Below are positions 11,455 through 22,555 of a stretch of DNA of 64,000 nt, one piece after another. Positions within the stretch are counted from its first letter, which is position 1. Each line of letters opens with the position of its first letter. Source of the stretch: Oopsacas minuta. Lineage: Eukaryota > Animalia > Porifera. The notes under the pieces are model-generated. The model saw only the letters and a program-made list of their open reading frames with translations, had not been told where the DNA came from and searched no databases. Location of the stretch: NCBI GenBank assembly GCA_024704765.1, contig JAKMXF010000345.1, positions 139,239 through 203,238 on the forward strand, given 5' to 3'. A program made the position numbers and the translations under genes.

Positions 11455-12438
11455 ATGTTCCTCTACTCATTTCTCATCTTATGCTTCACACATGTCTGCC
11501 TCCCTGCTACCAATTACGATATAATCTGGGATCAAAACTATTGTAATGAAAAAGACAGATATAATAACTATCTACTGCCACATAACTCTCCTTGTTCATT
11601 CTGTTTTGGTGACGTCATAACATTGCATATAAACTCTACGTCTGTGACATATGAGAATCTTTATCGTGTACCCACAGCCACGGATATGATCAATTGTAAT
11701 GCAACTGTCAATGATAATACTCAATCTATTGTGTTCAATGACAGACAAGAAATAACTATACGAGCAGGTGGTAGTGAAGCAGCTTTGTCTTTCCAATTAC
11801 AACCTGATGCTTATTACTTTATTTCTACAAGTAATGGAACACAATTTTCCGCTGATAATGATGTAATACAATCACCTAATTCATGTCTTCAATTGGCATT
11901 TACCGTTTTATTAGATAATAATGCAGGTTGCGGTAATTACACTGCAAATTGTGTCTTTAATTCCGTATTTACTGATCCTTCATCTTCGTTATTTTGCTCA
12001 AACACTTGGACTACTAATTCTGGTACTATGACAACGATGGGAACCACCAGCACGACGCCGTTTCCCACCACGAATACAACAACACAAACAACAGCAACAC
12101 CAATTTCTACGGTGGGACTTTCAATAATTTTCTATGTCAACACGACAGATTCACCAGATCTAATTGCAGGGCTATATGCATTACTCGCAATCTGTATTAT
12201 TTTTATATTTATATTTTTCATATTCGGAATTGTATGCCTACCTTTATTCTGGTTTGGCAAAATTCCAGATCCATGCTCTTCAACTTTCATTCTCAACCCC
12301 AAAAGGAGACGAAAACATAGACTTTCCAATTTTTCCTATAAAGAAAGAACAGGAGTAATCGAAATAGGACACCCTCAGGCCCAGCCAAATAATGAAGAAT
12401 CGCCATACGTCAATTTAGAACAAATGACAATACAATAA
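11455..12438 (+). CDS. Ephrin-like type I membrane protein, paralog E3
   Basis: Signal peptide; YDIIWD, GDVITL, YENLYRV, YYFISTSNGTQFSADN (compare recalled ephrin-B YYIISTSNGSLEGLDN); Thr-rich stalk, TM, tail with PYVNL. Confidence 0.8.
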   Translation: MFLYSFLILCFTHVCLPATNYDIIWDQNYCNEKDRYNNYLLPHNSPCSFCFGDVITLHINSTSVTYENLYRVPTATDMINCNATVNDNTQSIVFNDRQEITIRAGGSEAALSFQLQPDAYYFISTSNGTQFSADNDVIQSPNSCLQLAFTVLLDNNAGCGNYTANCVFNSVFTDPSSSLFCSNTWTTNSGTMTTMGTTSTTPFPTTNTTTQTTATPISTVGLSIIFYVNTTDSPDLIAGLYALLAICIIFIFIFFIFGIVCLPLFWFGKIPDPCSSTFILNPKRRRKHRLSNFSYKERTGVIEIGHPQAQPNNEESPYVNLEQMTIQ

Positions 12439-12783
12439 AAATATTATCACTTAATTTTCATCAAAATAGTTATTATATTAGTTAGACTAACCTTATACAC
12501 TTTTGATTGAAATACATTTGTGCATAATTACTGACTATTTTGAAGTATTTATGCATCTTCCTCATATTCTATATCTCTGCTCTTTCCCAGCAATATTACG
12601 CTTTTGATAACTAGATTTCTAGTGAATATTTCTGACTATGTCGTTGCTAGGGTGGAACAACCAGGAGCGTGTCCTGAGGGCATATTATTGTTCGAAACTC
12701 TAATCCCTCGGGTTTCACCCGTTGACACTATATCTATCTCAACATATTCTGTTAACCCCTCCCATAGACTGTAATACAAATTC

Positions 12784-12870
12784 TGAGATCCTGTGGACTC
12801 CCTAGTGTTTTACGTGAAACACCAAAGGTGGCAAGGGGCCATCAGTTCCCTAGGGTGCACAGGATCTCAA
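12784..12870. mobile_element. Short MITE with TGAGATCCTGTG/CACAGGATCTCA inverted termini
   Basis: TGAGATCCTGTG at 12784 and CACAGGATCTCA ending ~12870; the same left end recurs at ~33402. Confidence 0.55.
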
Positions 12871-12991
12871 AATTTGTATTGCAGCCTATGGGAGGAGGTC
12901 CTTAGAATTGTTAAAATTGATCCACTGGTGGAGGTTTAAAATTGGTGTTCTAGCCAATATGTAATCATTTTACGATATAATTAGCTCAATT

Positions 12992-13936
12992 ATGAATTAT
13001 CTAAAATCTTTTCTAATTCTGTGCTTCACACATGTCTGCCTCCCTGCTACCAATTATAACATAATCTGGGATCGAAACTATTGTAATGAAAAAGACAGAT
13101 ATAATAACTATCTACTGCCACATAACTCTCCCTGTTCATTCTGTTTTGATGACGTCATAACATTATATGTAAACTCTACAGCTGATACATATGAGAATCT
13201 TTATCGTGTACCCACAGCAACGGATATGGTAAATTGTAATGCAACTGTCAATGATAATACTCAATCTATTGTGTTCAATGACAGACAAGAAATAACTATA
13301 CGAGCAGGTGGTAGTGAAGCAGCTTTGTCTTTCCAATTACAACCTGATGCTTATTACTTTATTTCTACAAGTAATGGAACACAATTTTCCGCTGAAAACG
13401 ATGTAATACAATCACCTAATTCATGTCTTCAATTGGCATTTACCGTTTTATTAAATAATAATGCAGATTGCGGCAATTACTTTGCGAATTGTAACTATAC
13501 TTCCGTAATAACTGATCCTACATCTTCGTTATCTTGCTTGGGCTTTTCAAATGCTACAAATACCACAAAAGTTAATGTGACTAACACATCACCAACTATG
13601 ACGTCACCAGCAACAATGATGACGTCAGCTAGCCCAGTTTATCTTATAATAACATTCTATAGCTACACATCACATCCTACAGGTTTAATAGTATTTCTTT
13701 ACATTTTACTGACATGTGTTGTATTTGCTATTATTTTGTATCTAATCTTTGGTAGCATTTCTATACCTCTATTCTGGATATGTTCTGGATCCAAAGGTCA
13801 ATATACACCGAAATTCAAAAACACAGTTTCACAAGAAACTTCACAAGAAACTTCGCAAGAAACTTCGCAAGAAACTCCACCGATTTATAAATCAGGTGAC
13901 AAATTTCAACGAAAGATTTACCCATATAATTCGTGA
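12992..13936 (+). CDS. Ephrin-like type I membrane protein, paralog E4
   Basis: Ectodomain highly similar to E3/E5; distinct stalk and TM; tail with (SQET)x4. Confidence 0.8.
   Translation: MNYLKSFLILCFTHVCLPATNYNIIWDRNYCNEKDRYNNYLLPHNSPCSFCFDDVITLYVNSTADTYENLYRVPTATDMVNCNATVNDNTQSIVFNDRQEITIRAGGSEAALSFQLQPDAYYFISTSNGTQFSAENDVIQSPNSCLQLAFTVLLNNNADCGNYFANCNYTSVITDPTSSLSCLGFSNATNTTKVNVTNTSPTMTSPATMMTSASPVYLIITFYSYTSHPTGLIVFLYILLTCVVFAIILYLIFGSISIPLFWICSGSKGQYTPKFKNTVSQETSQETSQETSQETPPIYKSGDKFQRKIYPYNS
13829..13876 (+). repeat. 12-bp coding tandem repeat (SQET)x4
   Basis: TCA/TCG CAA GAA ACT four times in the E4 tail. Confidence 0.9.
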
Positions 13937-14902
13937 TTAATATATTCCAAATATTTTTAATAACCTTTTACTAATTACGATGTCTTATGATAACCTTTTT
14001 TGGCCGTATTTATCACTTTTTATGTTTCACATATTATTTATAATTCTTATACCATTACATGGGACTGTTGATAATGACAATTTCAAGGGACTGGGGAAAG
14101 GTCCTGTTATGTAGAATTGCCTTGCGGTCTAGCTTGGAAGCCCAAACCATGAACGGGGTTCGTATCGTGCTTGCGATGGACTTGTAACATCTTGCAGAAA
14201 CAGTCCATACTTACCAATTTTCCCTGGGTTTTCGAAATTTCGTGAATTTCCCAGTTTTTCATACATAAATAGCGAATTCATACAATTATTCATAGAAAAA
14301 TCCCCTAAAATTTCCATAAATTCATGAATTCTAGTTTTTCACATAATTCCAAATTTCTTACAATACTTTACTCATTATTGCAAATTTCTGCTACAAATAC
14401 ATAAATACATTAGCTTGTATGTTCTAATTAAATTTATAACAAATCTAATATTTTGATTCCTTAAATATATGTATTTTACGAAACTTCATGCTTACATATT
14501 TTCAAGTTATTTTAGAGAAGATGCACTGTAAATGCATCCAAACTAATGATCACATTGAGTAAGCCATTTTCTGTTAATTGGAGGTTAAAGTGTTGTAGCA
14601 CTATTTCCTTTTATGGAAAAAGTGAAATTTTTCTTAGAATATTTCTTGTCATTATGTATTCCATTAAATTGAGGATTAATTGAATACGTATACAGTGGAT
14701 CAGGCCTGTGGAAACTGGGAAATTCTGGAACGGAGTGAGAAAGATATAGAGCGAATTCATAGTCCCTTATAAATGATCCTCCACAAACAGGGTAGAATTT
14801 TCGGCGTGTTTGTGAGGGTTACACTGATATAATTTACAAATGTATTTTACCGTAATTTTGTAGTAAAATTTTCGTTTAGTTATCTCGCAAAAATAGCTTA
14901 AA

Positions 14903-15904
14903 ATGTTTAGATTTTCATTTCTCATCTTATGCTTCACACATGTCTGCCTCCCTGCTACCAATTACGATATAATCTGGGATCAAAACTATTGTAATGAAAA
15001 AGACAGATATAATAACTATCTACTGCCACATAACTCTCCTTGTTCATTCTGTTTTGGTGACGTCATAACATTGCATATAAACTCTACGTCTGTGACATAT
15101 GAGAATCTTTATCGTGTACCCACAGCCACGGATATGATCAATTGTAATGCAACTGTCAATGATAATACTCAATCTATTGTGTTCAATAATAAACGAGAAA
15201 TAACTATACGAGCAGGTGGTAGTGAAGCAGCTTTGTCTTTCCAATTACAACCTGATGCTTATTACTTTATTTCTACAAGTAATGGAACACAATTTTCCGC
15301 TGATAATGATGTAATACAATCACCTAATTCATGTCTTCAATTGGCATTTACCGTTTTATTAGATAATAATGCAGGTTGCGGTAATTACACTGCAAATTGT
15401 GTCTTTAATTCCGTATTTACTGATCCTTCATCTTCGTTATTTTGTCCTCTTCCAACTACGACACCCATGATAACAATAGCTCCTACAACAATAACTCCTA
15501 CAGCAACGAATTCATCGTCAATGAATGATACCACTCAATCAGCAGGTACTACGTCATCAAATGGACCTTTAGTAATAATTTTTGAAGTTTTCGTTCCAGC
15601 TCAAATGGAAGCAGTCATTGCTATTAGTACACTAATTGCTATTACTATTTTCCTAATAATTTGCATTCCTTTAGTTGCAATTCCGCTATTGATTCTATAC
15701 GCATTAGGCAAAATTGGCTGTGATTGTAATACTCTAAAATTTAAACATCTTTCCGAACCGTCTTCTCCAATCAGTCCAGTAACTAACCTTAGAAGCAGTC
15801 TAGATGGCATGTCTCAATCGAACGAATATGATTTGCAAGGGAAGCCACAGGATAAAATTGATAATGAATTGTATATTCCACCCCACCAACCAGATGATGC
15901 GTAA
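14903..15904 (+). CDS. Ephrin-like type I membrane protein, paralog E5
   Basis: 14915-15444 matches E3 11467-11996 except for 4 nt (by eye); unrelated stalk, TM and tail. Confidence 0.8.
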   Translation: MFRFSFLILCFTHVCLPATNYDIIWDQNYCNEKDRYNNYLLPHNSPCSFCFGDVITLHINSTSVTYENLYRVPTATDMINCNATVNDNTQSIVFNNKREITIRAGGSEAALSFQLQPDAYYFISTSNGTQFSADNDVIQSPNSCLQLAFTVLLDNNAGCGNYTANCVFNSVFTDPSSSLFCPLPTTTPMITIAPTTITPTATNSSSMNDTTQSAGTTSSNGPLVIIFEVFVPAQMEAVIAISTLIAITIFLIICIPLVAIPLLILYALGKIGCDCNTLKFKHLSEPSSPISPVTNLRSSLDGMSQSNEYDLQGKPQDKIDNELYIPPHQPDDA

Positions 15905-16305
15905 GGAATTTAGCCAACGTTCCTCTTTACCTAATTCGTATATTCATTTTGAATTTAGTATATAGAGATTTTTCATATATTGAGTGAGTTTTACATATTG
16001 TGTTTGTATATATTTCTGATGTATTGATAATCTGGTTTCGCAGGAATTGTCATGTTTTTAATTATTAATTAGGAATTGTTGAGTTTTTGAGTGTCAGTTT
16101 AATAAATTGTTGTTGTTTTGATGGGTTTAATGAGGGAGGAGGTAATTAACTGTTTTCATTGGTTGGCGTCGCATGAGACGAAATTTTTCTGTATTTAGCT
16201 TTTGCAATTTGGTGCCTCATAATCACTTTTTTAGTTCCCGGCTGCCTTATCAGACAGTTGACAAGTTCCTTAAATCTATATACATATACTGATATTAGCT
16301 CAACG

Positions 16306-17175
16306 ATGTATTTCCATTCCTTCATTCTTCTCAGCTATTTATGTATATGCTTCGCCATCAATTACGATATAATCTGGGATCAAAACTATTGTAGCGAAAT
16401 GGACAGATATCCAAGTAGTTACTTACTACCCACAAACTCTCCGTGTTCATTTTGCTTTGGTGACGTCATAACACTACGTATAAACTCTACGTCTGTGACA
16501 TATGAGAATCTTTATCGCGTACCCACAGCCACGGATATGATCAATTGTAATGCAACTGTCAATGAAAATACTCAATCTATTGTGTTCAATGATAAACGAG
16601 AAATAACTATACGAGCAGGTGGTAGTGAAGCAGCTTTGTCTTTCCAATTGCAACCTGATGCTTATTACTTTATTTCTACAAGTGATGGAACACAAAATTC
16701 AGCTGAAAACGATTTATTACAATCACTTAATTCATGTCTTCAATTAACATTTTATGTTCTATTGAATGAAAATCCGATTTGTGGGAATTATGAAGCGAAT
16801 TGTGCTAGTGGATCTGTATTTACTGATCCAAACTCTTCACTATTTTGTAGTTCTCCAACTCCAACCCCAACTCCAACTCCAACTCCAACTCCAACTCCAA
16901 CTCCAACTCCAACTCCAACTATGTCAACAATGCCGATGTCAACAACCGCAATTCCACCATCTAATGACAATCAATCGTCTATCGTTTTCTATATATTTGT
17001 ACCCGATCCAATTGCTACAGTAGTAATACTTTCTATTCTAACTGCATTCATTGCTTTCCTAATTATAGCTGTTCTCGTTATCGGAATAACTCTACTGGTT
17101 TTCTATGGACTGGGCAGAAATATCTGCCCGTGTGTTGTTAAAGCCGAACCCTCCTATGAATTTGCGGAAAAGTAG
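16306..17175 (+). CDS. Ephrin-like type I membrane protein, paralog E6
   Basis: Likely ATG at 16306 (MYFHSFILLSYLCICFA); same domain motifs; (PT)11 stalk, TM, short tail EPSYEFAEK. Confidence 0.8.
   Translation: MYFHSFILLSYLCICFAINYDIIWDQNYCSEMDRYPSSYLLPTNSPCSFCFGDVITLRINSTSVTYENLYRVPTATDMINCNATVNENTQSIVFNDKREITIRAGGSEAALSFQLQPDAYYFISTSDGTQNSAENDLLQSLNSCLQLTFYVLLNENPICGNYEANCASGSVFTDPNSSLFCSSPTPTPTPTPTPTPTPTPTPTPTMSTMPMSTTAIPPSNDNQSSIVFYIFVPDPIATVVILSILTAFIAFLIIAVLVIGITLLVFYGLGRNICPCVVKAEPSYEFAEK
16855..16920 (+). repeat. Hexamer coding microsatellite (CCAACT)n encoding (PT)11
   Basis: 11 units CCAACT/CCAACC directly visible. Confidence 0.9.
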
Positions 17176-17590
17176 CTATAGACTGTGATAAATTACCCAA
17201 CAAATATTTCGTATATTCGCTCTTTATGGCAAAATTAATAAATCACTTTTTGTAATATTATCTGTGTATATGTTGAGCTATTACATCTCTACTGAAATGT
17301 CCGCGGAGAATTGTCCCCACAGTAAATTACACCCTCTGTTATACTCCTATGGTGAGATGTATGTTTAATGTTTTAGATTGAAATATTGCAGAAATTCTTT
17401 TTTTTGCTGTCGGCACAGGTAATTTGGATTTTATGCGCGCACTCTGCTCGCATATTCAAATAGTCATGTGTATGCATCTATGGGTGTCTATTTTCACTTG
17501 ATATCCTTCAAGTGTATATTTTTAATACTTTTGGCGATGTTTCATATTTTCACACCTTTTCAAAGATCATTTAGATTAGATTAGATTCAT

Positions 17591-20500
17591 ATGGCTGAAA
17601 AAGATTTATATTTTCAAGGATTAAGCATTCTATTTATCAATTCAGGGCTTATTAAAGCAAGAGCGAACATTCTTAAGAAACAACTAGAAAAATTTGGCGG
17701 TACTTTCTCATCAAAATACATACCATCAGCCACTACACACATCCTTACAGTACCAAATATAACAAAAAGTTCATTTGAAAAGGAATTAGAATTAAAAATT
17801 GATGAAATAAAATGCCCAATTTTGAATGTTGAATGGTTAAGTGTGTGCTTAACAAAATCAAAATTACATACAGAAGCAGGATTTTTGCATGATTTTAAGT
17901 CAGAATTAAACAACGAAAAAACTCACACACCCGCGGTTCCTGTAAAAAATGTTACAATTCCGAAGCCAGTGGAAGCGCCCCCTGAATTGTACCCACAGGG
18001 AGAAACCGTGTTGGGTATGAAGCGGAAATTATATGATAGTGATGATGATTCTAAAGATTCTGTGGATTTTAATACGAACACTAAGAAGTATCTTTATCCA
18101 CAAGTTGTGAGAGGGAAAAATACAGCGGGTATGTTGAGAATTTAAAATCTGGAGGGACAGAGCCAGGTTTATAAAATAATTTGTAATAAATCATATGACT
18201 CATATCCCTTGTTCTGGTATTCTTACAACTTAACACCGGTATCTATCACTTTTCACATTTTCACTTTGTATCTCAATATGTTATTGTTACATACCACAGG
18301 TAGATGGAAGCAAAACAAACCAAGTTATTCAAATTCAGAACAGAAATCGACTATTATTGATCAATTGGATTCTGATAGTGATTATAATACTACCACTGAT
18401 GATGATGATGATGTCAGAGGGAATGTGAATTTTACATTTGGCGATAATCAACTAGAAAAAGGGAAGCAGATTGAATATTCACCCCCGAAGCGAAAATTGG
18501 TAATAATACACAGTGGATGCTGGCTGAATGAACACCCTTGGGAGTAGCAATATATACTCTTATAACCAGCATAAATATACATGAATATATGCAACTGTTT
18601 TTCAGGGCATAGTTCTTATAACCTGCATCCACTGATATATGTATATGTGACGTATTATCTTAAGTACAGTGGAGTTCGTCTATTAACAATCGTATTTTCC
18701 TTGCTAAATGCGCGAATTTGCGATTATGCGAAATATATGCAAAATACACTATATGTTCATGAATAGGCAGATTTTAGATCTACGTTTATCTGCTTGCTTA
18801 TTTTTTAAAGAATCTACTGTATTTTTTAGAAAGGCTTCTCTTGTATGACTGGGAAATCACAACTTCCTACTAACTACAACAAACACATTACAGATAAATT
18901 AGAAGAATTAGCCGTGTTATATAAAGCGCGAGGAGAGAATTGGAAAGAGAGAAGTTATTCAAAAGCTGTAGCCGTGTTAAAGAAACATCCAAAGGAGGTT
19001 ACGTCATGGGAGGAGGCTAAGAATTTACCATGCATTGGTAGGCTAGAATAGTTTGTGTTAATTTTCGCCGCTGATAACGAGTTTCATACCTGAAAAGTTA
19101 AAACTGATAGAAAATGATAACTTTTAAAAATCTGCGAATATACATGCAAAATGTCAGTGGCGAGTATTCGCGAAATTTACCATTTATCAAGTCGAATCCT
19201 CGCAATTACACGGTTTAGAAATTCGCATGAAATATCACTCTAAATCAGGGACGGTCCCACTGTAATCGGTTAATAGGGTGCCGGTTAATTTGGTCACTTG
19301 TCCTAAACAGACCCATGTAAATAGGATCAAATTGCAACGTTTAATCGGGGCAAAATTCCTGATCCCAAGCGAAGCATGGTCTACTGTATTACAAATGTAT
19401 TTGACATTATTGTATTTAGGAGAAAGTTTAGCTGACAAAGTTTGGGAAATTATATCAAGTGGGAGATTAAGGAAACTCGACCACTTGTCAGAAGATAAAG
19501 ATACCAGCTCAATATCTCTATTCTCTAACCTATGGGGAGCTGGGCTTGTGACTGCTAATAAATGGTTTGCACAAGGTTATCGAACTTTAGATGATATCAG
19601 AGAGAAGGCTGAGCTAACAAGGTAAGTAATTAGAATATACAATAAACTCCCGTTATGTCGAAGCTCAAGGGACCGCGAAAGTTACTTCGATATAACCGAT
19701 GTAATATATGCTACTTTGACTGTTTGGGACCATATTTGTATAATTACAGACTTCGATATATCCGTGTTCGTTATAACTGGGGTGTATACAATATTTACAA
19801 TGAATAATATTGAGATAAAATTTCCTATTTTTTTGGCTATTTTCTGATATATTTTTGTGGGAATTTCTTAACATATTATATTCAGATTTTAGAGATTAGG
19901 CAATGGATATTCATGAAATAGCTTAAACGGTTGTGTTAATTGGATTTTCCTGTAATTATATATACAGCGAATCTCTACAAATGTGGCCTGTGGCAACGGA
20001 GTGAAAATACAAGGAACGAATTCCTAGTGCCACAAAGTGCACCTCCCAAAACGGAAACGGGGAGCATTTGCGGCGTCCCCGTTTATGGAGGTTACACTGT
20101 ATTTACATAATTCACAAATGGAAATGCCAGCTAGAAATTCCTTTTTCCTAACACTATTCCCAGGCAACAACAAGTTGGTATGAAGTATTACGAAGAATTT
20201 ATTGAAAGAATCCCACGTGTAGAAGTAATAGAAATAGAGGATATTGTTAAGGAAGTAATCCATGGCATAAATCCTGGTCTAATCCTTGTTACTTGTGGTT
20301 CATTTCGTAGAGGGAAAAGTACGTGTGGTGACGTAGATTGTCTGATATCACATCCTGATGGTAAATCACATAAGGGAGTATTTCAACAGGTATATTTGAT
20401 GTTTTATTGGCATTTATAGTGTATTTGAGTATTTCTTAATTGATGCACCTTGTCGATTAATAACATACTTATTAATACAAAACGGACACTCCGAGAAGTG

Positions 20501-22121
20501 GACAATCCCTCTACAACGGACAAACCTCCTGGAATGAATTAGCAATCATATATGTAATACTTTAGCAGTCTCCGAGAAGCGGACAACTCTCTAAAACGGA
20601 CAGAAGAGATGTCCTCAGCGTACCCGTTATTCGGAGACCCTACTGCATATCAAAAATTCCCCTTGTGTAGTTCAATTATATTCTCACAATATCATTGAAC
20701 TTTTCAAATCAGATAAAATTAAATTTTTCACAAGTCCTCAATAGCATAATCTCGTCTCAGGAACATCCGTCTATTTCTAAGCAATTTCCTACTCAAGTAT
20801 GACACAATTGCATTTATCATAAGAGTTTCACAGTTGTTGCATAGTTAACACTTTCAATATGTTGGTATACATGCAGCAGCCAAATTTTAACACCGCAATC
20901 ATTTGATATTTTTATTTATACACACAACATATATGTTTACTACGTATGCCACACATGGTTTGACACTGATATAAGATCTCAGACGTTTCCTCACATCACA
21001 TCATCAGTGGTGTTTGTTTACAAAAGACTTTTTGGATTTATCCAGAATGATTAGATATGACGTAATACCATTATTATTATTATTATTATCATAGACTATA
21101 AATATTATGAAAATTTATATTTCCTGTCACAGAGTTTGAATTTATTTATTCAAATTGTTTTGGGATATCTATGACATTCCTTCTCGTTGCTATTTCACGT
21201 TTTCCCCCTATTCCTGAAATACAGTAAATGCTGTTTCAACGACTATTCTGGGGTAATCGAGTATGCTGAAGCCGAATATGGGATTGTAAACAATATATTG
21301 TGAATATTTGTTTACTTTATCTACCTAAAAGTAAACAAATATTCACAATATCTTGTTTACAATATCATATTTGGACTCAGCATGCTCGATTACCCCAGGA
21401 TAGTCGTTATAAGACCCCCCTTGGGGGAAGCAATACATGTTGTTATAACCGGAATACATTGTAATATTCATTGAAATGAATTTGTACTTCATTTTCGTAT
21501 CCATAGATATTACAGAAAGGTCATGACATGGACTTCTTAACAGATGATCTATCTATCCATGATGGAGGAGATCACAATCAATCAAAGTATTTAGGTGTAT
21601 GTTTACTGAAGGGAGATAACCGTAAGCATAGGAGACTTGATATTATTGTTGTGCCTTATGCTCAATGGGCTTGTGCTATACTATATTTCACTGGTTCTGC
21701 TCACTTTAATCGATCTTTGAGGCTTTATGCACAGAAGCAAGGTATGTAATGTATGATATATAATCGGGTTTATTTCCTGATTTATACACTCATAATTCAG
21801 TGTTGCCAGATGGTTTGCTCTGAAATTTCAATTCTTGACATAAGTCAAAAGTGCTTGCCAAAGCGAAAATCTATGAACTTTGCTCCTGACCTGGTAACAC
21901 TGATCCTGATTATAGTAAATACCCCAATACTCGAAGGTTTCGGAAACAATTTCATTTATCCTATAGGAATGCATCTATCAGAACACCATCTCTGCACAGA
22001 TGTAATGCGTAAAGGCACAACGATAATACACGAAGGCACAATACTACCCACATTCACTGAGCAAGATATATTCCTGCATTTGGGTTTGGATTATCTAGAA
22101 CCACATGATCGGGATAAATAG
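17591..22121 (+). CDS. POLL: DNA polymerase lambda (family X; BRCT + 8-kDa lyase + nucleotidyltransferase), about 7 exons
   Basis: Exons approx. 17591-18128, 18300-18499, 18830-19037, 19420-19621, ~20165-20388, ~21508-21741, ~21968-22121. N-terminal BRCT (THIL...[10 protein letters not shown]); [14 protein letters not shown]; [23 protein letters not shown]; RRLDIIVVP; [13 protein letters not shown]. Confidence 0.92.
19650..19780. mobile_element. MITE family B (GTTATATCGAAGCTCAAGGGACCGC...CTTCGATATA); representative copy
   Basis: Related blocks at ~7315-7365, 34265-34380 and 39762-39915. Confidence 0.6.
21238..21408. repeat. ~171-bp near-perfect foldback inverted repeat in a POLL intron
   Basis: Left arm AACGACTATTCTGGGGTAATCGAGTATGCTGA...ATTGTGAATATTTGTTTACTTT, loop ~8 nt, right arm AAAGTAAACAAATATTCACAAT...TCAGCATGCTCGATTACCCCAGGATAGTCGTT. 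Confidence 0.85.
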
Positions 22122-22555
22122 TAGCTGTAAATATAATTCATAGTTTTTGTACATCCGTGATTTAAGGGATTTGTGTATTTATCAAAGGTTTGTTAAGAAT
22201 ATTCTTTATGATTGTTCATGCTGAATTCTTTTCATTTTAGTTTACATGACGTAATACTATTTCATACTTACCAACCACTTACATTAATTTCCCCTGAGTT
22301 TCAGGTCTCTCACGATTTCGGGCCTACTAATACTGCAAAGTCCCTGGTCCTTACACAAAACTCTAATACTAAATAGACATCTCACGATAGAATCGTGCCA
22401 AATGCCGCGAAAAGTGCCAATATACATTGGAACCTTATTAATACGAATACTCAAATTTGTTTGCTTCATCCATAGTTCGTATTAACGAGATTCTACCGTT
22501 AAAGCAGTTTATAAATATTCTATTTCTATGAGAACTAGCTTATAATAATATTTCT

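Noticed and set aside
16766-17023. Poly-(QL) and antisense poly-(GV) ORFs
   Set aside because: Alternative frames of the (CCAACT)n repeat in E6.
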